From Acidobacteriota bacterium (GTDB lineage Bacteria; Acidobacteriota; UBA6911; RPQK01; JADFOI01), in NCBI GenBank assembly GCA_963663035.1, contig OY760074.1, forward strand, positions 480,001-544,000: a stretch of 64,000 nt of DNA. Reading direction: 5' to 3'. This document shows positions 61,564 to 64,000 of the stretch, in pieces (positions within the stretch are counted from its first letter, which is position 1; the number at the start of each line of letters is the position of its first letter). The notes below the pieces were generated by a model. That model was given only the letters and a program-made list of their open reading frames with translations. It ran no database searches and was not told the origin of the DNA. Made by a program: the position numbers and the translations under genes.

Positions 61564-62940
61564 CTAGAATAGTTCGAGTTTGATGGTTAAAAACTCCTTC
61601 GGGTTTTGACGGAAATCGTAGAGCAACTTCACCATTTCCGCAGAAACCTGGCTCAAGTTCTCGTACAGTTGCTCGTCCTGGGCCAGGCGGCCTAAACTGC
61701 CCTTCCCCTCTTGAATGTCGTTGACAAAGGCCGCAAAGTTCTCCAGCGATTGGTCTAAACTCAGGTAGAGCTGATCATCATTGGACAACTTACCTAATGT
61801 TCCGTCACCAAGCTCGATTCGTCGAGTGATTCGCTCGATGTTCCCCACCATTTTCGCAGTCTCTTCGAAAACGGAAGGATCGTTGATAAATCTACCCAAA
61901 GACCCCTCTCCCCGGTCAATTTGGGCCACGACTTCTTGCAGGTGACCTGTTGCGGAGCTGATCTTATCATAGACCTCACGCTCCTGAACCAGGAGGGCAA
62001 TAGCTCCTTCACCTGTTCTGAAGTCGCGGATGAGTTGGGTGGCCTCGTCAACTGTTTGGCCGGCCTTGAGGACGGCGTCGCTGATGTTCTCGTAAAAAGA
62101 CTTGTCACTGAGGAATTCGCCCAGGCTGCCTTCGCCCGCTGAGAGCGGCGACAGGATATCATTTACTTTCTCAGAGAGTAGTGACAAGTTGGCCAGAGCG
62201 TCATCAGCACCTGTGATCAACTCCTGGAACCCGGGCTGAGTTGTACCCGTGATCTGGACCACTTCATGGGTGGAAGATCCTAACCACCCTTCGGATACCT
62301 CAGTCACCACAAGGGGAGGCTCAGTTCCCCGTCCCAGGGAGATCTCGATGTATTTGTCTCCCAGTAACCCGATAGAGCCTAATGAGATTTTACTGTCCCT
62401 CTTGATCCAGTCGCGATACTCTGCCTTGATTTCTGCGGAAACAACGATGTTTTGCAGATTTCCCTGGGCCCTTTCGATACGGGTCTGGATCTGCTCAAGA
62501 TCGGCCCTTTGCCTGTCAACCTGCTCTTCCAGGTCTTCCACATCTTCGCCGTATTGCTCTGCCGCCTGATTATATTCCTCCCTCAGGCGACGCAGGTCCT
62601 CCTCCGTTGTGGAGATTGCCTGTTGGAGCTCATCTGCTTGTTGGCTCCAGTCCTCTATCTGGCTCAGGAGTCTCTGATTGGAGTCAGTAACAGGTATGTC
62701 GTCGGCTTCCGAGATGTAGACGTCAATGACATTGCCCACTTCCACGCCGGAAAGGAGCACGATATCTCCGGGTTTCAGTCCGGAAACGTTGTTCAGGTAA
62801 GTTCTCGCGTAGAAGGTATCCTCGAGCAAGCCCACCTGGGTCCCAATCGTGAAGATTGCTAAAGCCAGAATGATACAGGTGACCAGGACAAAGATTCCCA
62901 CTTTGAGCTCTGCAAGACTGAGTGTACCCCTTGCTGTCAT
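61564..62940 (-). CDS. MlaD/MCE-family protein with long helical C-terminus
   Basis: LKVGIFV TM, GLKPG..V.LSGVEVG.V, GLLGDKYIEI, repeated GEGSLG motifs. Confidence 0.9.
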   Translation of the reverse strand: MTARGTLSLAELKVGIFVLVTCIILALAIFTIGTQVGLLEDTFYARTYLNNVSGLKPGDIVLLSGVEVGNVIDVYISEADDIPVTDSNQRLLSQIEDWSQQADELQQAISTTEEDLRRLREEYNQAAEQYGEDVEDLEEQVDRQRADLEQIQTRIERAQGNLQNIVVSAEIKAEYRDWIKRDSKISLGSIGLLGDKYIEISLGRGTEPPLVVTEVSEGWLGSSTHEVVQITGTTQPGFQELITGADDALANLSLLSEKVNDILSPLSAGEGSLGEFLSDKSFYENISDAVLKAGQTVDEATQLIRDFRTGEGAIALLVQEREVYDKISSATGHLQEVVAQIDRGEGSLGRFINDPSVFEETAKMVGNIERITRRIELGDGTLGKLSNDDQLYLSLDQSLENFAAFVNDIQEGKGSLGRLAQDEQLYENLSQVSAEMVKLLYDFRQNPKEFLTIKLELF

Positions 62941-62999
62941 GATTTTTCCTCACATGGATGCGTACCTTTCTCGGCAACCGAGAAAGGGCACGGTATTAC

Positions 63000-63797
63000 T
63001 TATGTTAAGAAATCCTGGATGTATTCATTCTTGACATCTCTCAGGGTTTCGTCGCTCCCCTCGAAAAGAACGGCCCCCTCCTTTAACATCACGAAGTGAG
63101 TGTTCACCAGACAAAGGTTCTCCTCCTCGCTTTTGAAGACCACCTCGCCATTGGGTTGAGCCTCAGCGAATTCACTAGCCAGTGTTTTGGCTGCTTTGAG
63201 GTCGTGGGTCACAAAGATAGAAGCGACCCCTTCCAGGTCACGCAACTTGATGACCAATTCGCAAATGGTGCGGGCTGTAATAGGGTCCAGGCCTGCCGTA
63301 GGGGCGTCGTACAGTAGAATGGGGGGATTTCCTACCAAAGCTCTAGCGATTCCAACTCGACGCATCATTCCCCCCGAAAGCTCCGAAGGAAACTTGTCCA
63401 TCGCATCACTCAGTTCAACGAAGCCCAGTAACTGTCGGACCGTCTCTTGTTGTTCTTCTTCACTGTAAGTTCTGGCCTCCCGCATTCGATAAGCGATGTT
63501 CTCACCTACGGTGAGCGAGTCAAAGAGTGCACCCTCCTGGAAAACCATACCAATTTTCTTGCGAATCGGCATCAGTTCTACTTCTTTTAAAGAGGTGATC
63601 TCCTGATCCTGGACGAATATTTGGCCCGAATCAGGTTTCACCAAACCCAATACCATTTTCAGGATAGTGGTCTTCCCTGACCCACCTCCGCCTAACATCA
63701 CCTTTGTTTCACCTGGCTGGACCTCCATGCTGAAGTCCCGCAGCACCACCTTTTCGTCGAAAGACTTACACACGTTTTCAAAGCGGATAGCACTCAA
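63000..63797 (-). CDS. MlaF-like ABC ATP-binding protein
   Basis: GSGKT, FQEGALFDSLTV, LSGGM, YDAPTAGLDP; TTG start at 63797 overlaps the mlaE stop. Confidence 0.9.
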   Translation of the reverse strand: MSAIRFENVCKSFDEKVVLRDFSMEVQPGETKVMLGGGGSGKTTILKMVLGLVKPDSGQIFVQDQEITSLKEVELMPIRKKIGMVFQEGALFDSLTVGENIAYRMREARTYSEEEQQETVRQLLGFVELSDAMDKFPSELSGGMMRRVGIARALVGNPPILLYDAPTAGLDPITARTICELVIKLRDLEGVASIFVTHDLKAAKTLASEFAEAQPNGEVVFKSEEENLCLVNTHFVMLKEGAVLFEGSDETLRDVKNEYIQDFLT

Positions 63798-64000
63798 TAT
63801 CTGAACTCCAGGATGACCTTGCTCACAAAGAAGTCCGCAATGATCACAAGGATGGATGCAGTGACCACGGCTTGTGTCGTGGACTGACCGACACCACGGG
63901 TTCCTCCGGTCGTGTTTAATCCGCAATAACAGCCAATCATTCCAATAATAAACCCGAAAACCACCGGCTTGATCAACCCTTCGAGAGCATCAGTGTACGA
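63794..64000 (-). CDS. MlaE-like permease (3' part, truncated by window end)
   Basis: KPVVFG...G...GGTRGVGQSTTQAVV. Confidence 0.88.
   Translation of the reverse strand, partial: SYTDALEGLIKPVVFGFIIGMIGCYCGLNTTGGTRGVGQSTTQAVVTASILVIIADFFVSKVILEFRY

Overview
A bacterial chromosomal window of mostly core genes. Gene content and order point to Acidobacteriota (inference). It carries lexA, dtd, a TamB / Omp85 (TamA/BamA) / SurA-like cluster, rseP-dxr-cdsA-uppS-truA, yebC-ruvC, grpE/clpB, a LysM lytic transglycosylase, aroK-aroA-uvrB, and a ~19 kb same-strand bioenergetic run. That run is an 11-subunit complex I (nuoABCDHIJKLMN, no nuoEFG), Fo-only ATP synthase genes, and a Cys-type System I cytochrome c maturation cluster. 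Further right are a VOC-PilZ fusion gene, a protease, a FlhG-like ATPase, dnaK-dnaJ-hspR, a Lol-like ABC/LolA cluster, pgsA and mlaDFE. The intergenic DNA holds several mobile or repeated elements: an intact IS1380-family element inserted at a CTAG stop codon, modular MITEs sharing its ends (two are open in frame with downstream genes and may supply their N-termini), three copies of a nested 395-bp fold-back MITE each 2 nt from a stop codon, and heptamer arrays. The strongest leads are a NuoL with a 2M-type 26-aa helix duplication but only one nuoM, MITE-donated protein starts, the VOC-PilZ-repeat protein, and an MlaD with a coiled-coil inserted in its MCE domain. The 2342-aa ORF is probably not a true fusion. 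No rRNA, tRNA or CRISPR array was recognised. All calls are by eye, without database searches.
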